NCBI GenBank assembly: GCA_963674735.2
Contig: CAXXQS010000001.1
Location: forward strand, 1,344,001-1,408,000
Reading direction: 5' to 3'
Source: Myxococcota bacterium
GTDB taxonomy: Bacteria > Myxococcota_A > SURF-8
Length of the DNA stretch: 64,000 nt
A program made the position numbers and the translations under genes. Of this stretch, positions 39,958 through 49,229 are shown piece after piece; within the stretch, counting starts at the first letter, position 1, and every line of letters begins with the position of its first letter. Under the pieces are notes generated by a model that saw nothing but the letters and a program-made list of their open reading frames with translations, was not told the DNA's origin and did not search any database.

Positions 39958-40289
39958 TACGCAAGACTATGATACCGATTCAGAAGGATGACGTCGCACC
40001 GCGCTTCGATCTTGCCGTTGAAGTGTTGCTGGCAACCGTGTCCAAACATGGTGTGGAGAGCAAGAAAATGCTTGTGCTTTCGGCTCCGTCCGCTGAAGAA
40101 CTCTGCCAAATGGCGCTACGAGAACAAGTGGATGTTCTCGTTTGCGGCGCCATCGAGCAGGAATATTACGATTACCTGACCTGGAAAGAAGTCCGAGTTC
40201 TGGATTCCATTATTGGCTCCTACGAGTCGGTTCTCGTCAAGCTGGTGGAAGGTCAGTTGGCAATCGGGGATGTGTTTCCAAACCTATAA
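39954..40289 (+). CDS. NifB/NifX-like domain small protein
   Basis: VAPRFD...VDVLVCGAI pattern; ATGA overlap with the activator. Confidence 0.78.
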   Translation: MIRKTMIPIQKDDVAPRFDLAVEVLLATVSKHGVESKKMLVLSAPSAEELCQMALREQVDVLVCGAIEQEYYDYLTWKEVRVLDSIIGSYESVLVKLVEGQLAIGDVFPNL

Positions 40290-40450
40290 ATTCTATTAAA
40301 AGACGAAATGAAACGCCGCTAGATTCGATTCACAATGAAACGAATTGGATCAAATACATCGTATCATAGTGTATCATAATGTTTCTTGCGTTTTGTGTGA
40401 TACCGTCAGCTTCAATAATTATCTCTGCAATAATAGATGCTTAGGAAAAT

Positions 40451-40466
40451 TGGCTCAATGCTTGCT
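40451..40466 (+). promoter_or_regulatory. Sigma54 (-24/-12) promoter
   Basis: TGGC-TCAATGC-TTGCT with correct GG-N10-GC spacing, 44 bp before ATG 40510. Confidence 0.8.
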
Positions 40467-40509
40467 ATTTCATTGAGGCGTGGCTTGTTGACAATTATGG
40501 AGATCAATC

Positions 40510-40854
40510 ATGACGATCATGAAAAATATGCGTGAATGGTTAGAGAAGTGGTCCACCGCCGTTGCGTTCGGCGAGGCGAACGACGCGAAGGCCGTACAAG
40601 AGATTACCGGCATGCCCGAACCGAAGGATTTGCGTCAAACGGTCGAAGACTGGATGACGGCGGCTGCTTTTGCAGAAGCGAATGCTCCGGAAGCGGCCCG
40701 GGAAGCGTTGAATGTCGAAGAGCCGATCGAGGATTACCTGGAACGGAAGCTGGGGGCCGTCATGTTGTACGGCGTCGCAGCCGTTGAAAGCGTGAACGAC
40801 GACCTCAACATTCCAGGCTTGAATATTTGGTACGGAACGGCTGAGGTCGCTTAA
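40510..40854 (+). CDS. Small protein with two AxAF(G/A)EA repeats
   Basis: GGAG RBS; WSTAVAFGEAN and WMTAAAFAEAN; also duplicated (L/W)YG segments. Confidence 0.8.
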   Translation: MTIMKNMREWLEKWSTAVAFGEANDAKAVQEITGMPEPKDLRQTVEDWMTAAAFAEANAPEAAREALNVEEPIEDYLERKLGAVMLYGVAAVESVNDDLNIPGLNIWYGTAEVA

Positions 40855-41378
40855 TGTCGCCTACGGTTGCTACAGTTCCTGCACGCATTGTGCTCGTGGG
40901 TTCCGATAGAACCTTCTTGGACGCCCTTCGTGATAGGTTGGGATCCAAGGGATACGAAGCCGGTATCAGTCAAGGGGAAGTTGAAACTCTTCGATTGACT
41001 CGCGGCTCACCGGTAGGGGTTGTTGTCGTCAGTTTGAGAGATTTGCTCGGCGATGGTCTGCGTATGTTAAGGCGTGTGAAGAAAAGTGCCCCGGATTGGG
41101 AAGTCATAACCCTTAGCACTCCTGACAATACGCGCCTTTCCATTGATAGCATGAAAGCGGGGGCTTTTCAGGATCTTGCCTTGCCTCTGGATCTGGATCA
41201 TTTTCTCGACAAACTGAAATGTGCGTTGGATCGCTCAATCGAGCAGGCCGGCAAATCAAACTTGCGCAAACGACTCGAACGCTTGGCTACAGCGGTGGCT
41301 TTCGCTGAAGCCGGAGACCTCAACATGAGCCGGGAGATTTATACGGAATCGGATGACGACGAACCGATAAGTCGTTGA
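40854..41378 (+). CDS. Atypical (pseudo) receiver domain protein
   Basis: Receiver fold pattern, but acidic pocket, phospho-Asp and Lys are replaced (LVGSD, VVVSL, LALP); tail ATAVAFAEAGD. Confidence 0.8.
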   Translation: MSPTVATVPARIVLVGSDRTFLDALRDRLGSKGYEAGISQGEVETLRLTRGSPVGVVVVSLRDLLGDGLRMLRRVKKSAPDWEVITLSTPDNTRLSIDSMKAGAFQDLALPLDLDHFLDKLKCALDRSIEQAGKSNLRKRLERLATAVAFAEAGDLNMSREIYTESDDDEPISR

Positions 41379-41432
41379 CGTGATAATATTGGAGAACTGG
41401 GACGCGCAACCTGGGCAACAGGGAGTGAAGCG

Positions 41433-41885
41433 ATGAAGAAAATGAAAGTACTGCTGGTCGATGACGAGAAAGAATTTGTAGAAGCATTAGCTGAGCGTCT
41501 ACAAATGCGGGATCTGAGTTCCGACACCGTTTACGATGGCGAACAGGCGATATCTTTTGTCGAGGACAAGGAACCCGACGTGATGGTCCTCGATTTGAAG
41601 ATGCCCGGCATCGACGGTATCGAGGTGCTTAAACGTGTTAAGAAAACCTATCCCAAAATTCAAATCATCATTCTGACCGGTCATGGGACAGAAAAAGACG
41701 AAGAGCAGGCCCGGCAACTGGGTGCCTTCGACTACATGGAAAAACCGGTCAATATCGATGATCTTGTCACACGGATGAAGAAGGCTTTCCGAAATAAGAT
41801 GGAAAACGCGATGGCTGCGGCGGCATTTGCCGAGGCTGGCTTATTTGGCGAAGCTGAAAATATATCGGATTCGAAGAAGAAGTAG
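41433..41885 (+). CDS. Response regulator receiver
   Basis: VDDE, VLDLKMPG, TGHG, EKP; tail MAAAAFAEAG. Confidence 0.93.
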   Translation: MKKMKVLLVDDEKEFVEALAERLQMRDLSSDTVYDGEQAISFVEDKEPDVMVLDLKMPGIDGIEVLKRVKKTYPKIQIIILTGHGTEKDEEQARQLGAFDYMEKPVNIDDLVTRMKKAFRNKMENAMAAAAFAEAGLFGEAENISDSKKK

Positions 41886-41959
41886 TGAGTCAATCAGGGA
41901 TCGCAATCAACTAGTGTAAACAACCTGAATATTTGATCCGACCAACGCGGGAGGTCGTT

Positions 41960-42934
41960 TTGAACGAAAAAAGTTCAAAAATTCTGGTAGTGTGTGGGTT
42001 TTTGCTGGCCATGCTCTTTGTGATCGTGACTCAACCGGCATTTGCAGAAGTAGCGCAACAGATGGAGGCCGGTGCCGCAGCGGCGGGAGACACCATGCCT
42101 TGGTGGTTTTGGCCGATCATTCTGTTCTTTTTCTGCTTGGTATTAGGCGTCTTTGCCGTTTTGGCAGGAGTCGGGGGAGGGGTGCTATATGTTCCGCTTG
42201 TAAGCGGCCTTTTCCCTTTCCATCTTGATTTCGTTCGTGGCGCCGGGTTGCTGGTGGCCTTGGCGGGTGCGTTGGCAGCGGGACCGGGACTGCTCAAACG
42301 AAACCTGGCCAGTTTGCGGTTGGCGCTGCCGTTTGCCATTATCGCGTCAACCTGTTCTATCGCGGGCGCTTTCATCGGTCTTGCGTTGCCGACAGACATT
42401 GTGCAGATATTATTGGGGGCCACGATTATCGGGATTGCGATTTTGCTCCTGACGTCCAAAAACGTCGAGCGTCCTATCGTCAAGAAACAAGACGCCATCG
42501 GGCGCGCTTTCGGCATGCAGGGACTTTGCTACGAGATGTCTACCAACGAAGTCATTTCGTGGAAAACGCATCGAACCGGATACGCGCTGATTTTGTTTGT
42601 CTTTATCGGCTTGATCGCCGGTATGTTTGGGCTGGGAGCGGGCTGGGCCAACCTGCCGGTTCTGAATCTCATGATGGGTGTTCCGCTGAAAATTGCGGTG
42701 GGAACCAGTAAATTTCTGTTATCGATCACTGATACCTCGGCCGCATGGATCTACTTGAATCGCGGTTGCGTCATCCCGCTGATGGCGATCCCCTCGATTG
42801 TCGGGTTAATGCTGGGCTCGTTCATTGGCGTCGGGATCCTGGCGCGCGTCAGGGCGAAATCGATTCGCTACGTTGTTATCGGCGTTCTGCTCTTTGCTGG
42901 AATTCGCGCCTTGCTCAAAGGTTTCGGCATTTAG
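41960..42934 (+). CDS. TauE/SafE (TSUP) family membrane transporter
   Basis: AGVGGGVLYVP and FGLGAGWANLP repeats, AVGTS; many TM helices. Confidence 0.9.
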   Translation: MNEKSSKILVVCGFLLAMLFVIVTQPAFAEVAQQMEAGAAAAGDTMPWWFWPIILFFFCLVLGVFAVLAGVGGGVLYVPLVSGLFPFHLDFVRGAGLLVALAGALAAGPGLLKRNLASLRLALPFAIIASTCSIAGAFIGLALPTDIVQILLGATIIGIAILLLTSKNVERPIVKKQDAIGRAFGMQGLCYEMSTNEVISWKTHRTGYALILFVFIGLIAGMFGLGAGWANLPVLNLMMGVPLKIAVGTSKFLLSITDTSAAWIYLNRGCVIPLMAIPSIVGLMLGSFIGVGILARVRAKSIRYVVIGVLLFAGIRALLKGFGI

Positions 42935-42979
42935 GGAAACGACTTGTGTTAACATACTGATTTGGGAATGGAGACATTC

Positions 42980-43423
42980 ATGGAACAGGAATTAAAATCG
43001 CTCACGCAAGAAGACTGCAAGGCCGATCCTGAACAAATTCGATACGCCGATACTCTGTTCTACGGAGCTTGGCTCGCCATCGCAATCTTGGTGCTATCCT
43101 ATTTTCTCTACGTTTCCGGTTTGATCGAACCTAAGATCCCATTGGAAGATATTCCGACTTACTGGTCGATGAGTGTCGATGACTACTTGGCTCAATCAGG
43201 CGCGCCCACCGGCTGGTCCTGGGTTTCGATGCTCGGGAAAGGAGACTATCTCAATTTTGCGGGAGTGGTCTTGTTGGCCGGTATGACGATCCTTTGTTTT
43301 GCCGGGATACTGGCACCTGCTTACTACAAAAAGCGTGATAAATTGTTTCTTGGTATCGTCGTTTTGGAATGTGTGATTCTTTGCTTTGCCGCATCGAATA
43401 TTTTAGGAAGTGGAGGCCATTAA
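42980..43423 (+). CDS. DUF1634-like membrane protein
   Basis: Three TM helices, PTGWSW...GDYLNF.G; directly follows the TSUP gene. Confidence 0.75.
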   Translation: MEQELKSLTQEDCKADPEQIRYADTLFYGAWLAIAILVLSYFLYVSGLIEPKIPLEDIPTYWSMSVDDYLAQSGAPTGWSWVSMLGKGDYLNFAGVVLLAGMTILCFAGILAPAYYKKRDKLFLGIVVLECVILCFAASNILGSGGH

Positions 43424-45269
43424 CCCCGGTATGGCGGATGGACACAAGCAAATGGCAAATGATCACGAACAACATAATTCCATGCCTGAAGAGGTAAACA
43501 CAGAAGCACATCTTGAAACGTCTCCCAAACAGATGAATTTCCCGGCTCGATTGGTTAACAAGCTTGTTTTTTCCGATGAGCCGGGGGAACTTCTGACGCG
43601 ACATCAACCCTCACGTTATCGCCGAATGTGGCGCAATACCGTTTTTGCCGTTGCGGCCGTTTCCATCGTGCCGCTGGTGGTGGTTTCGGCTGTAAACTAT
43701 TACCTGTACAGCAAATCGTTCAATGAAGAAATCACACAACCGATCCATCGCATCACCGCGATCAGCAAACGTGCCATCGAATCGTTTTTAGATGAACGGG
43801 TATCAGCGGCCAAATATGTCATATCGCGCGAATCGATCAACGACCTTTACGACTCGAAAATGCTGTCGAACGTGTTCCGCCGCATGCGCAATTCCTTCGG
43901 TGGCATCGTTGACATCGGCATCGTTGATTCCAAAGGAGTGATGCGTACCTACATCGGTCCGTACGACCTGCAAGGCAAAGACTACAAATCCCAGGACTGG
44001 TTTCACAAAATGCTGGTGTCGGACGTATACGTCAGCGATGTATTTATGGGACATCGCCAATTGCCGCATTTCATTATCGCCGTCAAGCGGGAAACGGAAC
44101 AAGGCGACATTGCCATTTTCAGAGCCACCATCGACACCGAAGTTTTAAATCGGCAGATACAGATTTCCGGCCTACATCGCGACAGCGATGCATTCATTAT
44201 CAACACAGGAGGCGAACTTCAGACTCCCTCGCGTTTGTTCGGATCTCTGCTCGCCACCTTCCCCCATGAGGTTCCCCCGTATGTGGAAGGAATCGAAATC
44301 GATAAGGATGTGCGAATCGATAACGCAAGTTACATCATGGGGTATGCTTTTATAAAGAATTCCCCCTTTGTGTTTCTGACTTTGTCGAACAAAGAGCAGT
44401 TGATGACCGGCTGGCTGGCTTATCAAGGTGAAATCTTTTTTCTGATTGTTTTTAGCATGTTGGCTATTTTCGTTTTGATCATGGGAATCACTTCCAACTG
44501 GGTGACCCGCATTAAAATCTCCGATATCCGGCGCGAAGCGACTTTACACAGCAACGAGCACACGAACAAAATGGCATCTATCGGGAGATTGGCAGCCGGC
44601 GTCGCCCATGAAATCAACAATCCGCTTGCCATTATCAATGAGAAAGCCGGGTTGCTGCAAGACATCATTGGCACGTTGGACGATTTTCCTAAAAAAGAGA
44701 AATTTCAGAAGCTTGTTCATTCCATCTTGAATTCAGTCGAGCGTTGTAGCGTTATCACACATCGATTGTTGGGTTTCGCTCGACACATGGATGTACGCAT
44801 CGAGCCCATCGCAGTCGATGCCATGATCCGAGAAGTATTAGCCTTCTTGGAAAAAGAAGCGCAATATCGAAAAATTGAAATTCACGTGGATGTATCGGAT
44901 ACCTTGCCGACGATTCACAGCGACAAAGGACAATTGCAACAACTGTTTTTGAATATCATCAACAATTCTCTCGATGCCATGAAGGCCGGTGGACATCTCC
45001 ACATCAAGATCGTCGAGGTCTTGACCGGCTATATCGAAGTCAGCGTCACCGATGACGGACAAGGCATTGAGAAAGCGAATCTCAACCGTATTTTCGAACC
45101 CTTCTATACGACAAAAAAATCAAAAGGAACCGGTTTGGGGTTGTCGATCTGCTATGGGATCGTTAAAAAGCTGCGTGGAGAGATGAAGGTGGAGAGCGAG
45201 ATCGGAGTCGGTACGACCTTCACGATCAGCCTTCCGATTCATCGTTCTTTGACACAGCCGGAGGAGTAA
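43410..45269 (+). CDS. Membrane sensor histidine kinase with a Cache-like domain (start uncertain)
   Basis: Two TM helices, GVAHEINNPL, NIINNSLDAM, DDGQG, FYTTK, GTGLGL. Confidence 0.95.
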   Translation: MEAINPGMADGHKQMANDHEQHNSMPEEVNTEAHLETSPKQMNFPARLVNKLVFSDEPGELLTRHQPSRYRRMWRNTVFAVAAVSIVPLVVVSAVNYYLYSKSFNEEITQPIHRITAISKRAIESFLDERVSAAKYVISRESINDLYDSKMLSNVFRRMRNSFGGIVDIGIVDSKGVMRTYIGPYDLQGKDYKSQDWFHKMLVSDVYVSDVFMGHRQLPHFIIAVKRETEQGDIAIFRATIDTEVLNRQIQISGLHRDSDAFIINTGGELQTPSRLFGSLLATFPHEVPPYVEGIEIDKDVRIDNASYIMGYAFIKNSPFVFLTLSNKEQLMTGWLAYQGEIFFLIVFSMLAIFVLIMGITSNWVTRIKISDIRREATLHSNEHTNKMASIGRLAAGVAHEINNPLAIINEKAGLLQDIIGTLDDFPKKEKFQKLVHSILNSVERCSVITHRLLGFARHMDVRIEPIAVDAMIREVLAFLEKEAQYRKIEIHVDVSDTLPTIHSDKGQLQQLFLNIINNSLDAMKAGGHLHIKIVEVLTGYIEVSVTDDGQGIEKANLNRIFEPFYTTKKSKGTGLGLSICYGIVKKLRGEMKVESEIGVGTTFTISLPIHRSLTQPEE

Positions 45270-45644
45270 ATGGAGCACTTTCGTGTTTTGATCGTCGATG
45301 ACGAAGAAGAGTTGATCGAGACTTTGGTTGAGCGTCTCGACATCCGAGATATTGCCGCAGTCGGGGTGCATTCCGGCCGTAAAGCGATCGAAACATTGGA
45401 AAGTGAGACGTTCGATGTTGTGATTCTCGACGTCAAGTTGCCCGGCGAGAACGGTGTCGAGATCATGAAAAACATTAAAAAAATCAAGCCCAATCTTCCC
45501 GTCATCCTGCTTACCGGACATATGTCCAAAGAGGTCAGCGATGAAGGCCTGAAAGCCGGAGCTATCGATTACATTATCAAGCCCATCAACATCGATAAAC
45601 TTATCGAGAAAATGAAGGAGGCTATTTCACTTCACCACAACTAG
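45270..45644 (+). CDS. Single-domain response regulator
   Basis: VDDE, ILDVKLPG, TGH, IKP. Confidence 0.93.
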   Translation: MEHFRVLIVDDEEELIETLVERLDIRDIAAVGVHSGRKAIETLESETFDVVILDVKLPGENGVEIMKNIKKIKPNLPVILLTGHMSKEVSDEGLKAGAIDYIIKPINIDKLIEKMKEAISLHHN

Positions 45645-45672
45645 TCATCGGAGTTTTTAACGGAGGAAGACT

Positions 45673-46353
45673 GTGAACCAGGTGAAGAACCAACAGACGC
45701 GAAGTGAAACCGAAATGTTGTTTTTCGGGAGAATCATGGCAAGCATCTCTCATGAAATCAACAACGTGATGTCGATTGTGGGACAAGTCGGCGGTTTGAT
45801 GGAAGACCTCGTTGCGATGGAAGAGCGTGGGGGCGAAGTCGGACTGGAAAAATGGCGCAAGCAGACCGAAAGAATTGTGGCTCAAGCCGCACGCGGACGG
45901 GATATCATCAAGAACATGAATCGCTTTGCACATAGCATCGATCATCCGCGAAAAACGTTTGATGTCGTTGATGAAACCGTAAACATGTTAAAGGTGCTTG
46001 AACGCCTCATAACCAACCGAGGGACGTCGGTTTCATTCCACCTGGCTTGCGAGAATTCAGCATGGACCGGTGCGCCTTTTCTCTATCGCTTGTTGATTTT
46101 CTCGTTGATTGATTCTTTTCTGAGTTCTGATGGCGCACCTGGGCCATTGGTGGTTTCATGTCGAGAAGTTGACGCAAGCATCGAAATCAAGATAGAAGGC
46201 GGAGAACTGGAGCAGGGTTGGGAAGATTCGGAGGCATGGACGTCAGCCGTTGAAGCGTCGCAGCGTCTCGGAGCGTCTTTGGTAAAAGAAACAAACTTAT
46301 CAGGCCGAAATACGTTCAAGATTATATTGAATGAAGGGTCTGATCCTCAATAG
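45673..46353 (+). CDS. HisKA-like protein with a degenerate ATPase domain
   Basis: H-box SISHEINN present; N, G1 and G2 boxes not recognisable. Confidence 0.78.
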   Translation: MNQVKNQQTRSETEMLFFGRIMASISHEINNVMSIVGQVGGLMEDLVAMEERGGEVGLEKWRKQTERIVAQAARGRDIIKNMNRFAHSIDHPRKTFDVVDETVNMLKVLERLITNRGTSVSFHLACENSAWTGAPFLYRLLIFSLIDSFLSSDGAPGPLVVSCREVDASIEIKIEGGELEQGWEDSEAWTSAVEASQRLGASLVKETNLSGRNTFKIILNEGSDPQ

Positions 46354-46367
46354 GCATGGAGGCAGCC

Positions 46368-46802
46368 ATGGCAAACGAGCGCATTTTGCTGGTTGATGAC
46401 GAGCAGGGTTTTACGAGTGTCGTACAAGAGCGTCTCGAAAACAGAGGTCTGGATGTCAGCGTTGCGACAAACGGAAGCGAAGCATTGAAGATGGTCAACG
46501 AAAGCCTGGCCTACGACGCGATTGTTCTTGATTTGCAAATGCCTGGAATAGACGGAATCGAGACTCTTCGTCGGCTATTGGAAAACGACCCGGATCTACA
46601 GGTGATTTTGCTAACGGGACATGGATCGGTAGCCAAGAGTGTCGAAGCCATGAAAAAGGGAGCCGTTGATTTCCTTGAAAAACCAATTGAAATTCAAAAC
46701 CTGATTGATAAAGTCGGGGAAGCAGCCGTACGCCGAGCGACTTTAATTGAAGAGAGAAATGTCGAGAACGTAATGGACGTATTGAAAAAATACGGGTGCT
46801 GA
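46368..46802 (+). CDS. Response regulator receiver
   Basis: VDDE, VLDLQMPG, TGHG, EKP. Confidence 0.93.
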   Translation: MANERILLVDDEQGFTSVVQERLENRGLDVSVATNGSEALKMVNESLAYDAIVLDLQMPGIDGIETLRRLLENDPDLQVILLTGHGSVAKSVEAMKKGAVDFLEKPIEIQNLIDKVGEAAVRRATLIEERNVENVMDVLKKYGC

Positions 46803-46845
46803 GTCTTTCACTTGTTACGATGAGCCCGATCTAAGTCTCGTCGGA

Positions 46846-47655
46846 CTAAGTTTCCAACTCGGATGGCCTTTCAATGAAAGCCGACACACCTACCTGAGAG
46901 TTATTCAGAAAATCGCCGATCAGTCGGGCGTCAGGCTCGAAGTCTTCACTGACCTCCGAAAGCTTGATTAGCCACTCAGGAGCTAGATTCAAGCTCTGCT
47001 CGGATGCCAAGCGGGCATATAGCTCGGATAGACGATTCAAACGTGCTTCGGAAAAACCCCGTCGCATGAGTCCGATACGGTTTAAACCCGCCAGTCGAGC
47101 GCGGTCTCCTTTTGCGATAAGGCAAGGTGGAACATCGCGGCGAACCATAGCGCCTGCCGCAATGAAGGCGTGTGAGCCGATATGAACGAACTGGTGAACA
47201 CCCGCCAATCCGCCGAACCAAGCGTAATCACCGACGTCCACATGGCCGGCCAACGCGACACTGTTTGCCATCACGACACCGCGGCCCAGATGACAATCAT
47301 GTGCGACGTGGGCGTTTGCCATGAAATAGCAATTTTCTCCGATTTCAGTTAAGCCGCCGCCAGCTTCAGAACCCCGGTTGGCTGTGACGAACTCGCGAAA
47401 AACACAGCCGGAACCGATTTTCAGCTCACTCGGTTCGCCTCTGTATTTCGTGTCTTGCGGATCGGTCCCTAAAACGGCATGGGGAAAAACACGACAATTG
47501 GAGCCGAGAGTCAAACGACCTTCCAATACGACATGCGAACCGATACGGCACCCGGCTGCGACATGCACATCCGCACCGATGACGGTGAAAGGCCCAACCT
47601 CAACGTTTGCGGCCAACTCGGCTTGCGGATGAACAATCGCCGAGGGGTGGATCAT
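46846..47655 (-). CDS. lpxA: UDP-N-acetylglucosamine O-acyltransferase
   Basis: IHPSAIV, DPQDTKY, HVAHDC, LAGHV, VHQF. Confidence 0.96.
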   Translation of the reverse strand: MIHPSAIVHPQAELAANVEVGPFTVIGADVHVAAGCRIGSHVVLEGRLTLGSNCRVFPHAVLGTDPQDTKYRGEPSELKIGSGCVFREFVTANRGSEAGGGLTEIGENCYFMANAHVAHDCHLGRGVVMANSVALAGHVDVGDYAWFGGLAGVHQFVHIGSHAFIAAGAMVRRDVPPCLIAKGDRARLAGLNRIGLMRRGFSEARLNRLSELYARLASEQSLNLAPEWLIKLSEVSEDFEPDARLIGDFLNNSQVGVSAFIERPSELET

Positions 47656-48635
47656 CTCTCGCTCTCCTCATCTTCCTTGACGATACGCATGATTGCTTTT
47701 TGAATACGAGACCAGACGCGATGCGGCATCGCCGGATACCCGGTGTAGACCTCATCGGGGGGAACATCTCGTGTCACGCCCGATTTCCCGCCGATGGTAG
47801 CTCCATCTCCAATCGAAAGATGCCCGCTGACTCCGGACTGGCCAGCCAGGGTCACGTTGTTACCGATTTTTGCCGAACCGGCAATCCCAACTTGCGCGAC
47901 CAAAAGGCAGTCATGCCCAATGCGAACGTTGTGCCCAACCTGGACCAAGTTGTCAAATTTGGTGCCGTGACCGATGCGGGTTTCGGCAAAGGTGGCGCGA
48001 TCGATGCAGCAATTGGCTCCGATTTCGACATCGTCTTCGATAACGACCCGTCCGACCTGGGGAATTTTCACGTGGTGCCCGTCTGATTCGCGAGCGAAAC
48101 CGTAGCCGTCCGTCCCGATTCGACAACCATCCTGTAGAATGACTCGGTTGCCGATTTGTGTCTTTTCGCGAATACTGACGTTGGAGTAGATTAGACAGTC
48201 GTCACCGATCGTAACATTATCCGCGATAAAAACGTGAGGAAAGATCACGCAACGGCGTCCGATCTTAACGTGTTGTCCAATGTAAGCGAAAGGAAATACA
48301 CGGCTGCCTTCGCCGATGTCGGCATCGACGATCTCCGCTTTATCGGAAATGCGTGCCGGATACCTGGCTGGCGGGTGCAGCTCCAGCATGGCGCGTGCAA
48401 AACCGAGATAAGGATCTTCACAAACCACCTGAGCTGCGGGGCATCCTTCAATTTCGCTGACGACGAGGATTGCAGCTGCTTTTGTGGTCAGCGCCTTTTC
48501 CCTATAGGTATGCATCGCGACATAGGACAACTGGCCAGCACCTGCCTCTTCAAGTGAAGCAGCCGCTTGAATATCCACATCTCCGTCGCCAATGAGGCGA
48601 CCGCCGATACGTTCGGCCAATACACTTAGTTTCAT
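47652..48635 (-). CDS. lpxD: UDP-3-O-acylglucosamine N-acyltransferase
   Basis: DGYGF, KIPQVG, IDRA, KFDNLVQVGHN. Confidence 0.96.
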   Translation of the reverse strand: MKLSVLAERIGGRLIGDGDVDIQAAASLEEAGAGQLSYVAMHTYREKALTTKAAAILVVSEIEGCPAAQVVCEDPYLGFARAMLELHPPARYPARISDKAEIVDADIGEGSRVFPFAYIGQHVKIGRRCVIFPHVFIADNVTIGDDCLIYSNVSIREKTQIGNRVILQDGCRIGTDGYGFARESDGHHVKIPQVGRVVIEDDVEIGANCCIDRATFAETRIGHGTKFDNLVQVGHNVRIGHDCLLVAQVGIAGSAKIGNNVTLAGQSGVSGHLSIGDGATIGGKSGVTRDVPPDEVYTGYPAMPHRVWSRIQKAIMRIVKEDEESER

Positions 48636-48665
48636 TGGCCGTTCCTCCACAGGTAAGACGTTCGA

Positions 48666-49217
48666 TTATTTCTTGGGGCTTGCGCCTTTAGCTCCATACT
48701 TTTGGTCGTAAAGTCGGATCAGTTCGCTGGTCAGATCGTTTTTCATCGGAGCATAGACAATACCGGAACTGTTTTTATCGAGGATGAGGTCATAGCTCTC
48801 GCGCTCGGCAATGCCTTGCAGAATCATCTGCATTTTCTCAAGAATAGGCGCGACGGCTTCCGACTCTTTGCTTTTCAATTCGTTTTGAAGCTGATAATAG
48901 ATTTTCTGTACTTCCATGAAATTCTTCTGCAGTTCGGCTTCTTTTTGAGCTTTTACCTGCGGATCGATCATCATTTCCTGTTTGTCCAGATCTTCTTTCA
49001 TTGCTTTAAGACGATTGGACTCCTTATCGAGACTAGCTTGCTTCTGATCGAAGTAAACCTTCAGGTCGGCTTTGGCTTGTTTGCCTTCTTCCACTTCAAG
49101 AAGAGCACGCTGCAAATCAACGTAACCAATTTTAGCGTCTTTGGCATAAGACGTGCCGGGACACACAACAGCCATCAGCAACAGCGCCATAAAGAGTCCT
49201 GTGAAAAACCGAGACAT
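48666..49217 (-). CDS. skp: OmpH/Skp periplasmic chaperone
   Basis: KIGYVDLQR, coiled coil, YDLIL, DLT; lies between bamA and lpxD. Confidence 0.92.
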   Translation of the reverse strand: MSRFFTGLFMALLLMAVVCPGTSYAKDAKIGYVDLQRALLEVEEGKQAKADLKVYFDQKQASLDKESNRLKAMKEDLDKQEMMIDPQVKAQKEAELQKNFMEVQKIYYQLQNELKSKESEAVAPILEKMQMILQGIAERESYDLILDKNSSGIVYAPMKNDLTSELIRLYDQKYGAKGASPKK

Positions 49218-49229
49218 GAGATATCCTCC

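Noticed and set aside
39954-40289. Nitrogen fixation gene
   Set aside because: A stand-alone NifX-like domain with no nif genes in the window.
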